This document shows, piece after piece, positions 22,560-31,459 of a DNA stretch of 64,000 bases; positions within the stretch are counted from its first letter, which is position 1; every line of letters starts with the position of its first letter. This DNA is from Chloroflexota bacterium. Its GTDB lineage: Bacteria > Chloroflexota > Dehalococcoidia > Lucifugimonadales > JADFKI01. The notes under the pieces were generated by a model. The model had not been told where the DNA came from. It saw only the letters and a list, made by a program, of their open reading frames with translations, and searched no databases. The DNA lies in the NCBI GenBank assembly GCA_027623195.1, contig JAQBUT010000001.1:96001-160000 (forward strand), in the 5' to 3' direction. Position numbers and translations under genes: made by a program.

Positions 22560-22646
22560 GCTTTAATCCTCTAGTGTTAAACCGAGTTACATTGATCCCA
22601 GTGAATTGGTGTACATTAAACGTAAGAAAGCTTTCAAAAGGTAGGC

Positions 22647-23879
22647 ATGCCTGAATTTTTTAACGTGGTCGCGCCGGACCAGGCATTCCAGGTGCTGAAA
22701 AAGCATCTGCCAACGACCGTAGAGGCTGAAAAGATCGACACTGTCGATGCACTGGGACGGGTCACGTCCGAGGATATCGCATCGCCGGAAGACCTGCCCG
22801 CGTTCGCCCGGTCAACCATGGACGGCTACTCGGTGCGGGCGCAAGACACCTTTGGCGCGTCCGAGGGCATGCCAGCTTACCTGGAAGTCGTCGGCGAGGT
22901 GCCGATGGGAAAAGCCGCCAACCTGAGCCTTGCCGTTGGTCAGACGGCGGTGGCATACACAGGCGGTATGCTGGCGGGCGACGCCGACTCGGTTGTCATG
23001 ATGGAACGCACCCAGCGAGTGGACGAACGGACAATCGAGGTGCTGCGTCCCGTTGCGCCGGGCGAGAATGTCGTGCAGGTAGGCGAGGACATTCGCCAGG
23101 GAGACCTGGTGCTGCCAAAGGGCCACGTAATCAGACCTCAGGACATCGGCGGACTTTTGGCCCTGGGCCTTAGCAGAATTAAGGTATCCAAAAGACCGCG
23201 AGTGGCCATCGTTTCCACGGGCGACGAACTGGTGCCACCAAACCAGAAGATCGCACCCGGCCAGATACGCGACATCAACACCTACACCATTTCCGGACTG
23301 GTCACCGAATGCGGGGGCGTCCCGGTGCCCATCGCCATGGTGGAGGACAATTTCGAGGCGCAAAAGACTGCTGCTGTCGAAGCCCTGAAAAAAGGCGACA
23401 TAGTTGTCTTTTCAGCGGGAAGCTCAGTGAGTAGCCGAGACATGACGGCAGCCGTCTTCGACGGCCTGGGTGAGCCGGGAGTGCTAACTCACGGCATCTC
23501 CATTAAACCAGGCAAACCCACCATTATGGGTATGGCCAAAGGCAAGCCGCTGATAGGGTTACCTGGAAACCCCGTGTCGGCCATGGTCGTGTTCGACCTG
23601 ACGGTGAGGCCTACCATCTACCACCTCAGCGGATGCACCAGCCCCCCGGCCCTGTCCACGACCACCGCCAAGCTGTCGAGAGACGTACCGTCTCAGGCCG
23701 GCAGAGAGGACTATGTGCAGGTCCGGCTTACAGGAGAGAACGGGAACCTCGAAGCCGAGCCTATATTCGGCAAATCGAACCTCATTTACACCCTTGTGCG
23801 CGCCGACGGCGTAGTACGAGTGCCGCTGGAAAAGGGCGGCCTGTACGCCGGCGAAGAGGTTTCGGTGAGGATTTATTGA
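22647..23879 (+). CDS. moeA: Molybdopterin molybdotransferase MoeA
   Basis: RSTMDGY, STGDEL, GQIRDIN, SAGSS, IKPGKP, LPGNPVS. Confidence 0.93.
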   Translation: MPEFFNVVAPDQAFQVLKKHLPTTVEAEKIDTVDALGRVTSEDIASPEDLPAFARSTMDGYSVRAQDTFGASEGMPAYLEVVGEVPMGKAANLSLAVGQTAVAYTGGMLAGDADSVVMMERTQRVDERTIEVLRPVAPGENVVQVGEDIRQGDLVLPKGHVIRPQDIGGLLALGLSRIKVSKRPRVAIVSTGDELVPPNQKIAPGQIRDINTYTISGLVTECGGVPVPIAMVEDNFEAQKTAAVEALKKGDIVVFSAGSSVSSRDMTAAVFDGLGEPGVLTHGISIKPGKPTIMGMAKGKPLIGLPGNPVSAMVVFDLTVRPTIYHLSGCTSPPALSTTTAKLSRDVPSQAGREDYVQVRLTGENGNLEAEPIFGKSNLIYTLVRADGVVRVPLEKGGLYAGEEVSVRIY

Positions 23880-25822
23880 GTAAGGACAGCCGCCGCCAGG
23901 GCCGTAACTACTACCTCAGCGATATCCCGTTGGACGAAGCGTGGAAAACATTTCGTGATGCGCTGGAGTTGGTTGGGGCGTTAGGCCCTATGCCGCCTGA
24001 AATGGTCCCATTGCAGGACGCGCGAGGGCGAGTTACTGCAGAACCGGTTTGGGCGAAAATATCGTCGCCAAATTACGACTCGGCCGCCATGGACGGCGTG
24101 GCCGTTCGTGCGTCTGAAACCGTAGGCGCAACGGAGACTTCCCCCTTGCGTTTGATGTTGGAAAAACAGGCCGTTTGGGTGGACACCGGCGACCCCATGC
24201 CCGACGGATTCAACGCCGTCATCATGATAGAGGTGGTCCACGAGGTAGGTGGCTCGACAATCGAAATACAGGCTCCGGCCGCGCCGTACCAGCATGTACG
24301 GCCTCTGGGCGAGGATATCGTGGCCACGGAGCTTGTGCTGCCGGAGAACCACATCTTGCGTCCGGTGGACCTAGGCGCGTGTGCAGCTGCTGGCCTGACA
24401 GAACTTGCGGTGAGACGCCATCCAAGCATTGCAATAATCCCCACAGGCACCGAACTGGTGCAGGTGGGCGACGCCATGAAGCCCGGTTCTATCATCGAGT
24501 TCAACAGTCTGGTGTTGGCGGGCATGGCCGAGGAGTGGGGCGCACAGCCTACTCGCTTTTCATCGGTGCCGGACGATTACGAGCAGCTAAAATCGGTCAT
24601 TGCCGATGCCGCTGAAAAATTCGACATAGTGGTAGTAAACGCCGGTTCTTCTGCTGGGTCGGAGGACTACACAGCACGCCTGGTTGAGGAACTTGGCGAA
24701 TTGCTGGTGCATGGAGTTGCTATCAGGCCAGGCCACCCGGTTGTCCTGGGAATCGTCAATGGCAAGCCTTTGCTGGGCATCCCCGGTTACGCGGTCTCCG
24801 CAGCGCTAACCTGCGAACTCTTCGTGAAGCCCGTGGTAGAGGCAAACCTGGGAGCGCGAAGTCCAGACCGGAACCGCACCACTGCAATAGTCACTCGCAA
24901 GGTCCTGTCGCCAATAGGCGAAGACGAGTTCCTGCGAGTACGCCTGGGCCGCGTAGGCGAACGACTGGTGGCGACACCCCTGCAACGAGGCGCGGGCGTC
25001 ATATCATCGCTGGTGCGCGCCGACGGCATCGTTAAGATACCTCGCTTCTCGGAAGGCATGGACGCCGGGCAGGAAGCAGAGGTGGAACTGCTGAGAAGCA
25101 TAGAGACAGTCGAAGGCACCGTCGTCGCCATTGGCAGCCACGACCTCACTTTGGACCTGCTATCCAGTCACCTGCACAGGCGGCATCCGGGGCTCTCCTT
25201 GGCTTCATCCAACGTGGGTAGCCTGGGCGGCATCACGGCGTTGGCACGAGGCGAGGCTCACATGGCAGGCTCGCACCTGCTGGACGAGAAGACCGGCGAG
25301 TACAATCTTTCCTACGTCCGGCGACACCTCTCTACCCACTCAATCGTCGTCATGAATTTGGTGCTGCGAGTGCAGGGCCTTATTGTTCCCAAGGGAAATC
25401 CTAAAGCTATAAATTCGCTGGAGGACCTGGTCAGAAACGACGTCAGCTTCATCAACAGGCAGCGTGGCTCAGGCACTCGAGTTCTCCTGGACTTCAAGAT
25501 GAAAGAGATGGCCCTCAAGCCAGAGCAGATCAACGGCTATGACCGTGAGGACTACACGCACCTGGCCGTTGCTGCAGCCGTCGCCGGAGGTAGGGCCGAC
25601 ACCGGCCTGGGGATTCTGTCAGCCGCCAACGCCATGGGCCTGGACTTCGTTCCGCTGCTTTCAGAGCAGTACGACCTGATCATTCCCAAGGAATTCTTTG
25701 AAGGCGAAAAGCTAAGGCCGGTTTTAGAGATAATTCGAGGCGAAGAGTTCAGGCGGGAGGTTGAGGCCCTTGGCGGCTACGACACCACGTCTATGGGCAA
25801 AGTCGTCGCGGAGATTTTCTAG
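23876..25822 (+). CDS. MoeA fused to a C-terminal periplasmic-binding-protein-like (LysR substrate-binding) domain
   Basis: AAMDG, VDTGDPMP, PTGTEL, AGSSAGSED, then GSHD, NVGSLGG, FINRQRGSGTR. Start moved to TTG 23876, overlapping the moeA stop. Confidence 0.9.
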   Translation: MSKDSRRQGRNYYLSDIPLDEAWKTFRDALELVGALGPMPPEMVPLQDARGRVTAEPVWAKISSPNYDSAAMDGVAVRASETVGATETSPLRLMLEKQAVWVDTGDPMPDGFNAVIMIEVVHEVGGSTIEIQAPAAPYQHVRPLGEDIVATELVLPENHILRPVDLGACAAAGLTELAVRRHPSIAIIPTGTELVQVGDAMKPGSIIEFNSLVLAGMAEEWGAQPTRFSSVPDDYEQLKSVIADAAEKFDIVVVNAGSSAGSEDYTARLVEELGELLVHGVAIRPGHPVVLGIVNGKPLLGIPGYAVSAALTCELFVKPVVEANLGARSPDRNRTTAIVTRKVLSPIGEDEFLRVRLGRVGERLVATPLQRGAGVISSLVRADGIVKIPRFSEGMDAGQEAEVELLRSIETVEGTVVAIGSHDLTLDLLSSHLHRRHPGLSLASSNVGSLGGITALARGEAHMAGSHLLDEKTGEYNLSYVRRHLSTHSIVVMNLVLRVQGLIVPKGNPKAINSLEDLVRNDVSFINRQRGSGTRVLLDFKMKEMALKPEQINGYDREDYTHLAVAAAVAGGRADTGLGILSAANAMGLDFVPLLSEQYDLIIPKEFFEGEKLRPVLEIIRGEEFRREVEALGGYDTTSMGKVVAEIF

Positions 25823-25867
25823 CTGTGTTATCGACAGTATGTTACTCTTGCAGGCAGAGGCAATCGC

Positions 25868-26500
25868 ATGAGCACGCAGCTTAACGCATCAGGTATCGTT
25901 CTTGCCGGTGGCCGAAGCAGACGCCTCGGCAGGTCAAAGGCGCTTGAGCCTTTCCAGGGCGAGCCCATGATTAGCCGCGTCATCGAACGCCTCTCCAACA
26001 TAACCGACGACCTTGTGTTTGTGGTCAACGACCAGGAACAGGCGTCGGGGCTTCCAATTTCGTCAGTCCCCATGAATTTACCTCACAAGACAATGGTGGA
26101 CATGTACCCGGACGGCGGTTCTCTTGGCGGCATCTTCACAGGGCTATCGGCAGCCATTTCGCAGTGGGCCTTCGTTGTGGCCTGCGACATGCCGTTCCTC
26201 AACGTCGATCTCATGCGGCAAATGCTTTCGTTGCGAGAAGGCTACGATGCTGTTGTCCCTAGAACAGATGGCTATCCTGAGCCTACCCACGCGCTTTACA
26301 GCAAGTCCTGCCTTCAATACATGGAGCGGCGATTGCAAAACAATGACCTGAAAATCGCCAGATTCTTCGACGAGGTCAACGTACGATTCTTGGAGGAGAC
26401 CGAGGTCCGAGAGATTGACGGCGACCTGCTGTCTTTCTTCAACGTCAACACACAGGACGACCTGGACCGAGCGCTGACCTTGGCCGAGGAGGGACGGTGA
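25868..26500 (+). CDS. mobA: Molybdenum cofactor guanylyltransferase
   Basis: LAGGRSRRLG..KAL, GSLGGIFTGL, ACDMPF, FFNVNT. Confidence 0.92.
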   Translation: MSTQLNASGIVLAGGRSRRLGRSKALEPFQGEPMISRVIERLSNITDDLVFVVNDQEQASGLPISSVPMNLPHKTMVDMYPDGGSLGGIFTGLSAAISQWAFVVACDMPFLNVDLMRQMLSLREGYDAVVPRTDGYPEPTHALYSKSCLQYMERRLQNNDLKIARFFDEVNVRFLEETEVREIDGDLLSFFNVNTQDDLDRALTLAEEGR

Positions 26501-26850
26501 GCATGGCGTCTCCTAGTTCCTTCAACGCGAGGCCGCCCGCGGACACGCTGGCGGACACGCTGGTTGATATAACCGTGGAGCTTTTCGGCACGGCGCGGAT
26601 CGCGTGCGACAGGCATGACGTGGTGTTAAGGGTGCCTTCTTCATCCACTCTGGCAGAGGTAACCAAAATCTTGAGCGAAGCCTGCCCGGAGCTAGTCGGC
26701 AAGGCCATTGCCGAGGACACCTCAGGCCTGATGAAAAGCTACACCCTCAACCTGAACGGCACCGCCTTTGTGTCTGGGTTAGCAGAGCAACGCCTGGAGT
26801 TGCGAGAGGGCGACACCCTGCTACTGTTCTCCAGCCAGGCGGGCGGGTGA
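26497..26850 (+). CDS. moaD: MoaD/ThiS-family sulfur carrier
   Basis: Beta-grasp pattern (VELFG...LREGDTLLL) with C-terminal Gly-Gly (QAGG); sits between mobA and AOR. Confidence 0.8.
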   Translation: MSMASPSSFNARPPADTLADTLVDITVELFGTARIACDRHDVVLRVPSSSTLAEVTKILSEACPELVGKAIAEDTSGLMKSYTLNLNGTAFVSGLAEQRLELREGDTLLLFSSQAGG

Positions 26851-26854
26851 TCTC

Positions 26855-28723
26855 ATGAAAGAAAACACAACCGCAAACGAAATTTACGGCTACAACGGCA
26901 AAATGCTGATGGTAGACCTTACGTCTCGTCAGTCACACTGGGAGGCCATTCCAGAAGATGTCCTGAAGAAATTCATTGGCGGTTCAGGACTTGGGGCCTA
27001 CCTTCTGCACAAGCTCTGCCCCACTGGCATCGACGCTTTGGAGCCTGCCAACCCCCTGATATTCGTGACCAGCCCTCTGGTGGGCAGCCGCCTAACGACC
27101 TCTAGCAAGTTCGCAGTGGTCACCAAATCACCTCTAACCGGATTCATTGGCGACTCCCTGTCGTCCAGCTTTATGGCCACCGAGTTAAAGAAGACCGGCT
27201 GCGACGCGCTGGTGATTACCGGCAAAAGCGAATTGCCCTGCCTGCTTTCCATCGACGATGGCCATGTGGAATTTCTGGAAGCCCATGACCTAATGGGCAA
27301 GACCACATCGGAAACCGAAAAGGCAGTCAAAGAGCGCATGGGACATCGCACGAGAGTGGCCTGCATTGGTCCCGCCGGCGAGAAGCTGGTGCGTTTCGCC
27401 AGCATCACCAACGACGGCGGTCGTCAGGCGGCGCGGACGGGACCCGGCGCGGTCATGGGCTCTAAAAACCTGAAGGCTATCTCCGTAAAGGGCACCCACG
27501 TCGTGCCGGTCCAGGACCCGGACGCCCTCAACATTATCGGCGACGACCTTACCCAACGGAGTCTCGGGCCCGCCACAGAGAAGTATCGAACGCTGGGAAC
27601 CATGGCTAACGTCTCAGTCTTCAACAGGTTAGGCACGCTGCCGACCCGCAACTTCCAGCAGTCTACATTCGACGAGGCCGAGTCGGTTACCGGTGAGGCC
27701 ATGCATCAGGCCCACTTCGTTAAGAACGCGCACTGTGCTAACTGCACCATCGGCTGCGAAAAGATACTGGTGACGAACGATGACGGCAAGAAGGCGCAGG
27801 GTCGCATGGAGTACGAGAGCGCCTTCGCGCTAGGCCCACTGGTAGGCGTGGCCGACTCCAACACTGTCATCCGCGCATCTACCCTTTGCGACGAATTGGG
27901 CATGGATACCATTAGCACCGGGGTCACTTTGGCGTGGGCTATGGAGTGCTCTGACAAAGGCCTCCTAACGCCGGACCAGACGGGCGGATTCAGCCTGTCT
28001 TTCGGCGATGGCGATGCGCTGCTGGAAGGCATCAAACTCATCGCCGAGCGTCGCGGTATTGGCAACCTTTTAGCAGAAGGCAGCATGCGCGCATCCAGGA
28101 AAGTCGGCCAAGGCTCCGAAGCGTGGGCAATGCAGGTCAAGGGCTTGGAGATGCCGGGCTACGAGCCCAGGAGCCTCAAGACTATGGCGCTGGGTCTGGC
28201 GGTCAGCACTCGCGGCGCCTGTCACAACCGCTCCTCCGCATACGAAGCCGACTTCTCGGACAGGGTGGACCGCCTGAAAGTCGACGATCAACGCGGGCGC
28301 ATCACCGCCGAAGGTGAGGACTTCTCGGCTGTGCTGGACTCGCTAATCTGGTGCAAGTTCTTGCGTAAGGCCTTTTCAAACCTGTATGAAGAATCTGCTG
28401 AAATCTACCAAAAGATTACAGGCTGGCCCACCAGCGCCGACGAGCTTCGTAAGGCGGGCGAGCGCATCAACAACCTGAAAAAACTGTTCAACATTCGCGA
28501 GGGCTGGACCCGTGAAGACGACACGCTGCCCGAGCGCGTTTTCACGGAAACTCTACCTACTGGAATGGTCGCTGGCGTTGGCCTGGAACGGGAAGACTTG
28601 CAGATGATGGTGCAGGGCTATTACCGCGCGCGCGGCTGGACGGAGGATGGTATGATACCGGATGAAAAACTCCGGGAGTTGGGGCTAACCGAATTGTCGG
28701 AAACCATCGTCCCTTCCTCCTAA
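26855..28723 (+). CDS. Aldehyde:ferredoxin oxidoreductase family protein (AOR/WOR, typically tungstopterin)
   Basis: KSPLTG, IGPAGE, GAVMGSKNLKAI, CANCTIGC, EYE, CDELGMDTIS, RGACH, YYRARGW. Confidence 0.93.
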   Translation: MKENTTANEIYGYNGKMLMVDLTSRQSHWEAIPEDVLKKFIGGSGLGAYLLHKLCPTGIDALEPANPLIFVTSPLVGSRLTTSSKFAVVTKSPLTGFIGDSLSSSFMATELKKTGCDALVITGKSELPCLLSIDDGHVEFLEAHDLMGKTTSETEKAVKERMGHRTRVACIGPAGEKLVRFASITNDGGRQAARTGPGAVMGSKNLKAISVKGTHVVPVQDPDALNIIGDDLTQRSLGPATEKYRTLGTMANVSVFNRLGTLPTRNFQQSTFDEAESVTGEAMHQAHFVKNAHCANCTIGCEKILVTNDDGKKAQGRMEYESAFALGPLVGVADSNTVIRASTLCDELGMDTISTGVTLAWAMECSDKGLLTPDQTGGFSLSFGDGDALLEGIKLIAERRGIGNLLAEGSMRASRKVGQGSEAWAMQVKGLEMPGYEPRSLKTMALGLAVSTRGACHNRSSAYEADFSDRVDRLKVDDQRGRITAEGEDFSAVLDSLIWCKFLRKAFSNLYEESAEIYQKITGWPTSADELRKAGERINNLKKLFNIREGWTREDDTLPERVFTETLPTGMVAGVGLEREDLQMMVQGYYRARGWTEDGMIPDEKLRELGLTELSETIVPSS

Positions 28724-28759
28724 GAAATCCCCCTCATCAGGGCAAAATACGAGGACGCA

Positions 28760-29227
28760 TTGACTACGGACAGAAACACGCTTAGGGCGACCCTCAGACA
28801 AAACTTTCCACGTAGCAAGGGGCAACTGCTACCCGCTCTCCATTTCCTGCATGAAGAGTTCGGCTACCTGCCGGACTGGGCCATGGAGGTCGCCAGTTGG
28901 CACCTGGGCATCCCCGTTAGCGAGGTGTACGGAGCAGCCACGAGCTACACCGAGCTGCGTGTGAATAAGCCAGGCAAACACGTGCTAAGAGTCTGCACTG
29001 GCCTGGGTTGCTGGCTCACAGGCGGTCGTGAGATTTTGGATAAATTGCAGGCCGAACTGGGAATAAACGCACCTGCGACCACTCCTGACGACCGGGTAAC
29101 CTTGGAAGAGGCTCCATGCACATACATGTGTGGTATGGCCCCAGTGGTTGAGTTGGATGGCGCATGCACAGGGAGGGCCACGCTGGAATCCATACAAAGC
29201 CTCTTCCCGAAGGCGGCAGGACGATGA
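28760..29227 (+). CDS. NuoE/FdsG-like [2Fe-2S] diaphorase subunit
   Basis: LLPALH...GYLP, VCTGLGC, CTYMCGMAP. Confidence 0.88.
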   Translation: MTTDRNTLRATLRQNFPRSKGQLLPALHFLHEEFGYLPDWAMEVASWHLGIPVSEVYGAATSYTELRVNKPGKHVLRVCTGLGCWLTGGREILDKLQAELGINAPATTPDDRVTLEEAPCTYMCGMAPVVELDGACTGRATLESIQSLFPKAAGR

Positions 29228-30804
29228 GCGGCGCATCTGACATCTTGTCTTTAATGCAAGAAGTGGCCCGTACTAGATTGGACCCCATACGGAGAGGCAA
29301 GACCAGGATCACGATTCAGGTAGGTCACTGCTCTGAGGCGGTTGGCTCAAGTCAAATCTTTTTCGCCATCGCGGAGGCATTGCCTGCCAACTCATACCTG
29401 ACGATAGCCGGTTGCAACGGGGCTTGCCACGACGCACCTCAAGCGCTGGTCACTAACCCTGTCGGCGGTCAGAGACTCTACACCCGTCTGACAATTGAGG
29501 GCCTACGAGACATCCTTGACGAGTCAAAGGGCGTAATCGCCGGTGACTCAGAATTCCTATCGAACCAGAGCCGGGTCGTGCTGCAAGGTTGTGGCGACAT
29601 GGAGGCAACGGAGATAGACGATTACCTCGCGCGGGGTGGATACGAAGGCCTGGCCAAAGCCCTGTCAGGCTCCCCCGAAGACGTTATCGAAGAGGTGAAG
29701 GCGTCCGGCCTGCGCGGCAGAGGTGGCGCTTACTTCCCGGCGGCCCTCAAGTGGCAAGGCGCGCGCGCCATCAACACGGGGCCACGGTACCTCGTGGTGA
29801 ACTGCGAGGAGGGCGAGCCTGGCCTGTTCAAGGATCGACACATTATGGAAGGCCTCCCTCACAGGCTGCTGGAAGGCGCTATCATCGCCGCGTATGCTGC
29901 CGGCACATCCGAGGCCTATATCTACATCAACGCAGAGGCCGAGCTTTCAGCTTCCCGAATGGAGATGGCAGTTGAACAAGCGTACGAACAGGGCCTGCTG
30001 GGCAAGGACATTCTGGGCTCCGGTTTCGACCTGGAAATAAAGATTATGAGAGGCGCCGGCGGCTACGTGTGCGGCGAAGAGACCACGATGCTGAACACCA
30101 TGGAGGGCGACCGTCGAGAGCCGCGTCTTCGTCCGCCGTTCCCCACTGAGGCGGGACTGTGGGCAAGACCTACCGTCATAAACAACGCAGAGACCCTCTC
30201 CAACGTGCCATACATCATGCAAAACGGCGCGGCGGCCTTTGCCGAGGTGGGCACCGACGACGCCAAGGGCACCAAGATCATGAGCCTTAGCGGTTCGGTT
30301 CAGAGACCCGGCTTGGCTGAGGTCCCCATGGGCACAACTCTCCGCCAAATCATTTTCGACATCGGCGGCGGTCCCACCGAGGGGCACGACATTACAGCCA
30401 TCGCCGTGGGGGGGCCGTCCAGCGGCGTCTTCCCGACGTCCATGCTGGATACGCCAATCAAACCCGGCTTCCTGCACGAGTCCGGCGTGATGCTAGGCGC
30501 GGGTGGCATCATCGCCCTAGACGAGCGCATAAGTATCCTGGAGACTGTGCGCAGGCTAGCCGCTTACAACGCCGACGAGTCCTGTGGCAAGTGCACCCCC
30601 TGCCGTGAGGGCACACCGCGAATTGTCGAGTTCTTGGATAAACTCGCGAACGGCGAGGCTACATCAGACGAAATCGACCAAATGCACCAGCTAGCCGAGG
30701 TCGTCAACGCGGCGTCTCTGTGCGGCCTAGGTCAGGCGGCGGGCAACCCAATACTCAGTGCGCTCCACTTCTTCGGCGACGAACTCCGGATGTCGGCGAG
30801 GTGA
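29224..30804 (+). CDS. NuoF/FdsB-like FMN/NAD-binding diaphorase subunit
   Basis: SGLRGRGGAYFP, NCEEGEPGLFKDR, GAGGYVCGEET, ESCGKCTPCREG, SLCGLG. Start trimmed to ATG 29224 (ATGA overlap with the nuoE-like stop). Confidence 0.92.
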   Translation: MSGASDILSLMQEVARTRLDPIRRGKTRITIQVGHCSEAVGSSQIFFAIAEALPANSYLTIAGCNGACHDAPQALVTNPVGGQRLYTRLTIEGLRDILDESKGVIAGDSEFLSNQSRVVLQGCGDMEATEIDDYLARGGYEGLAKALSGSPEDVIEEVKASGLRGRGGAYFPAALKWQGARAINTGPRYLVVNCEEGEPGLFKDRHIMEGLPHRLLEGAIIAAYAAGTSEAYIYINAEAELSASRMEMAVEQAYEQGLLGKDILGSGFDLEIKIMRGAGGYVCGEETTMLNTMEGDRREPRLRPPFPTEAGLWARPTVINNAETLSNVPYIMQNGAAAFAEVGTDDAKGTKIMSLSGSVQRPGLAEVPMGTTLRQIIFDIGGGPTEGHDITAIAVGGPSSGVFPTSMLDTPIKPGFLHESGVMLGAGGIIALDERISILETVRRLAAYNADESCGKCTPCREGTPRIVEFLDKLANGEATSDEIDQMHQLAEVVNAASLCGLGQAAGNPILSALHFFGDELRMSAR

Positions 30805-31459
30805 CATTTGCCTGCGTATCTCAGCGAAATTGACCTAATATACGGTTCTGCCTGCGATGGCATTCGTTTGGAATCGCACCAAAGAGCACTGATCCGTTTG
30901 GTCGCCCAGGCATCCAACCGAGAGGATTTAAAATTTGGGCTTCATGAAGAGCGGGAGATTCAACTGGCAGCTTCCCTGATGATGAACTGGCGTCATATTG
31001 GCCTGCAAGCTGAGTTGGATTCATATTCCTCCAACGGTGCATCTCGAAGGCCCGATTTCGGGATAGGGCTTCCGACAAGTAATAAATATTTGTTTCTAGA
31101 GCTTAAAGTGATTTGGCCGGGATCCAACAAAGATCAAGTTCTCGACGATCTAAAAAAAATACAAACCATGTATGAATCCGGCGACCTTGCAGTCGGATTG
31201 ATGACCGTTGGGTATGCCCAACCGAATACGAATCTCAAAATTTTCAATAAAAGACATCACGATATGTCGCGTCAAATACTCGCCACATCTGAATTTGATG
31301 AAATTGGCATGAAAAAATCGATCTCAGCGACATAAATGTAGGTATTAAATACACTTGGGTTGGCATGTGGATTCCCAAACGAACTTGGCAATGAATGCAA
31401 TTGACTGAATGGCGCTTAATGAAGTCCCATTTATCTTAGGAAAATAAAACCATGACATT
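30802..31459. mobile_element. Putative inserted cassette bounded by 7-bp direct repeats
   Basis: tgacatt at 30802-30808 and 31453-31459, with a composition shift between them. No transposase or integrase. Confidence 0.5.
30808..31335 (+). CDS. Putative PD-(D/E)xK-superfamily nuclease on an AT-rich inserted cassette; C-terminus possibly frameshifted (alternative frame ends at 31394)
   Basis: RRPDFGIG...YLFLELKV motif; visibly AT-rich relative to flanks; bounded by tgacatt direct repeats. Confidence 0.6.
   Translation: MPAYLSEIDLIYGSACDGIRLESHQRALIRLVAQASNREDLKFGLHEEREIQLAASLMMNWRHIGLQAELDSYSSNGASRRPDFGIGLPTSNKYLFLELKVIWPGSNKDQVLDDLKKIQTMYESGDLAVGLMTVGYAQPNTNLKIFNKRHHDMSRQILATSEFDEIGMKKSISAT

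Noticed and set aside
26539..26562. 12-bp tandem duplication gcggacacgctg x2 in the moaD 5' region
   Set aside because: Only two copies, in frame, in a probably disordered N-terminus. No sign of a larger array.
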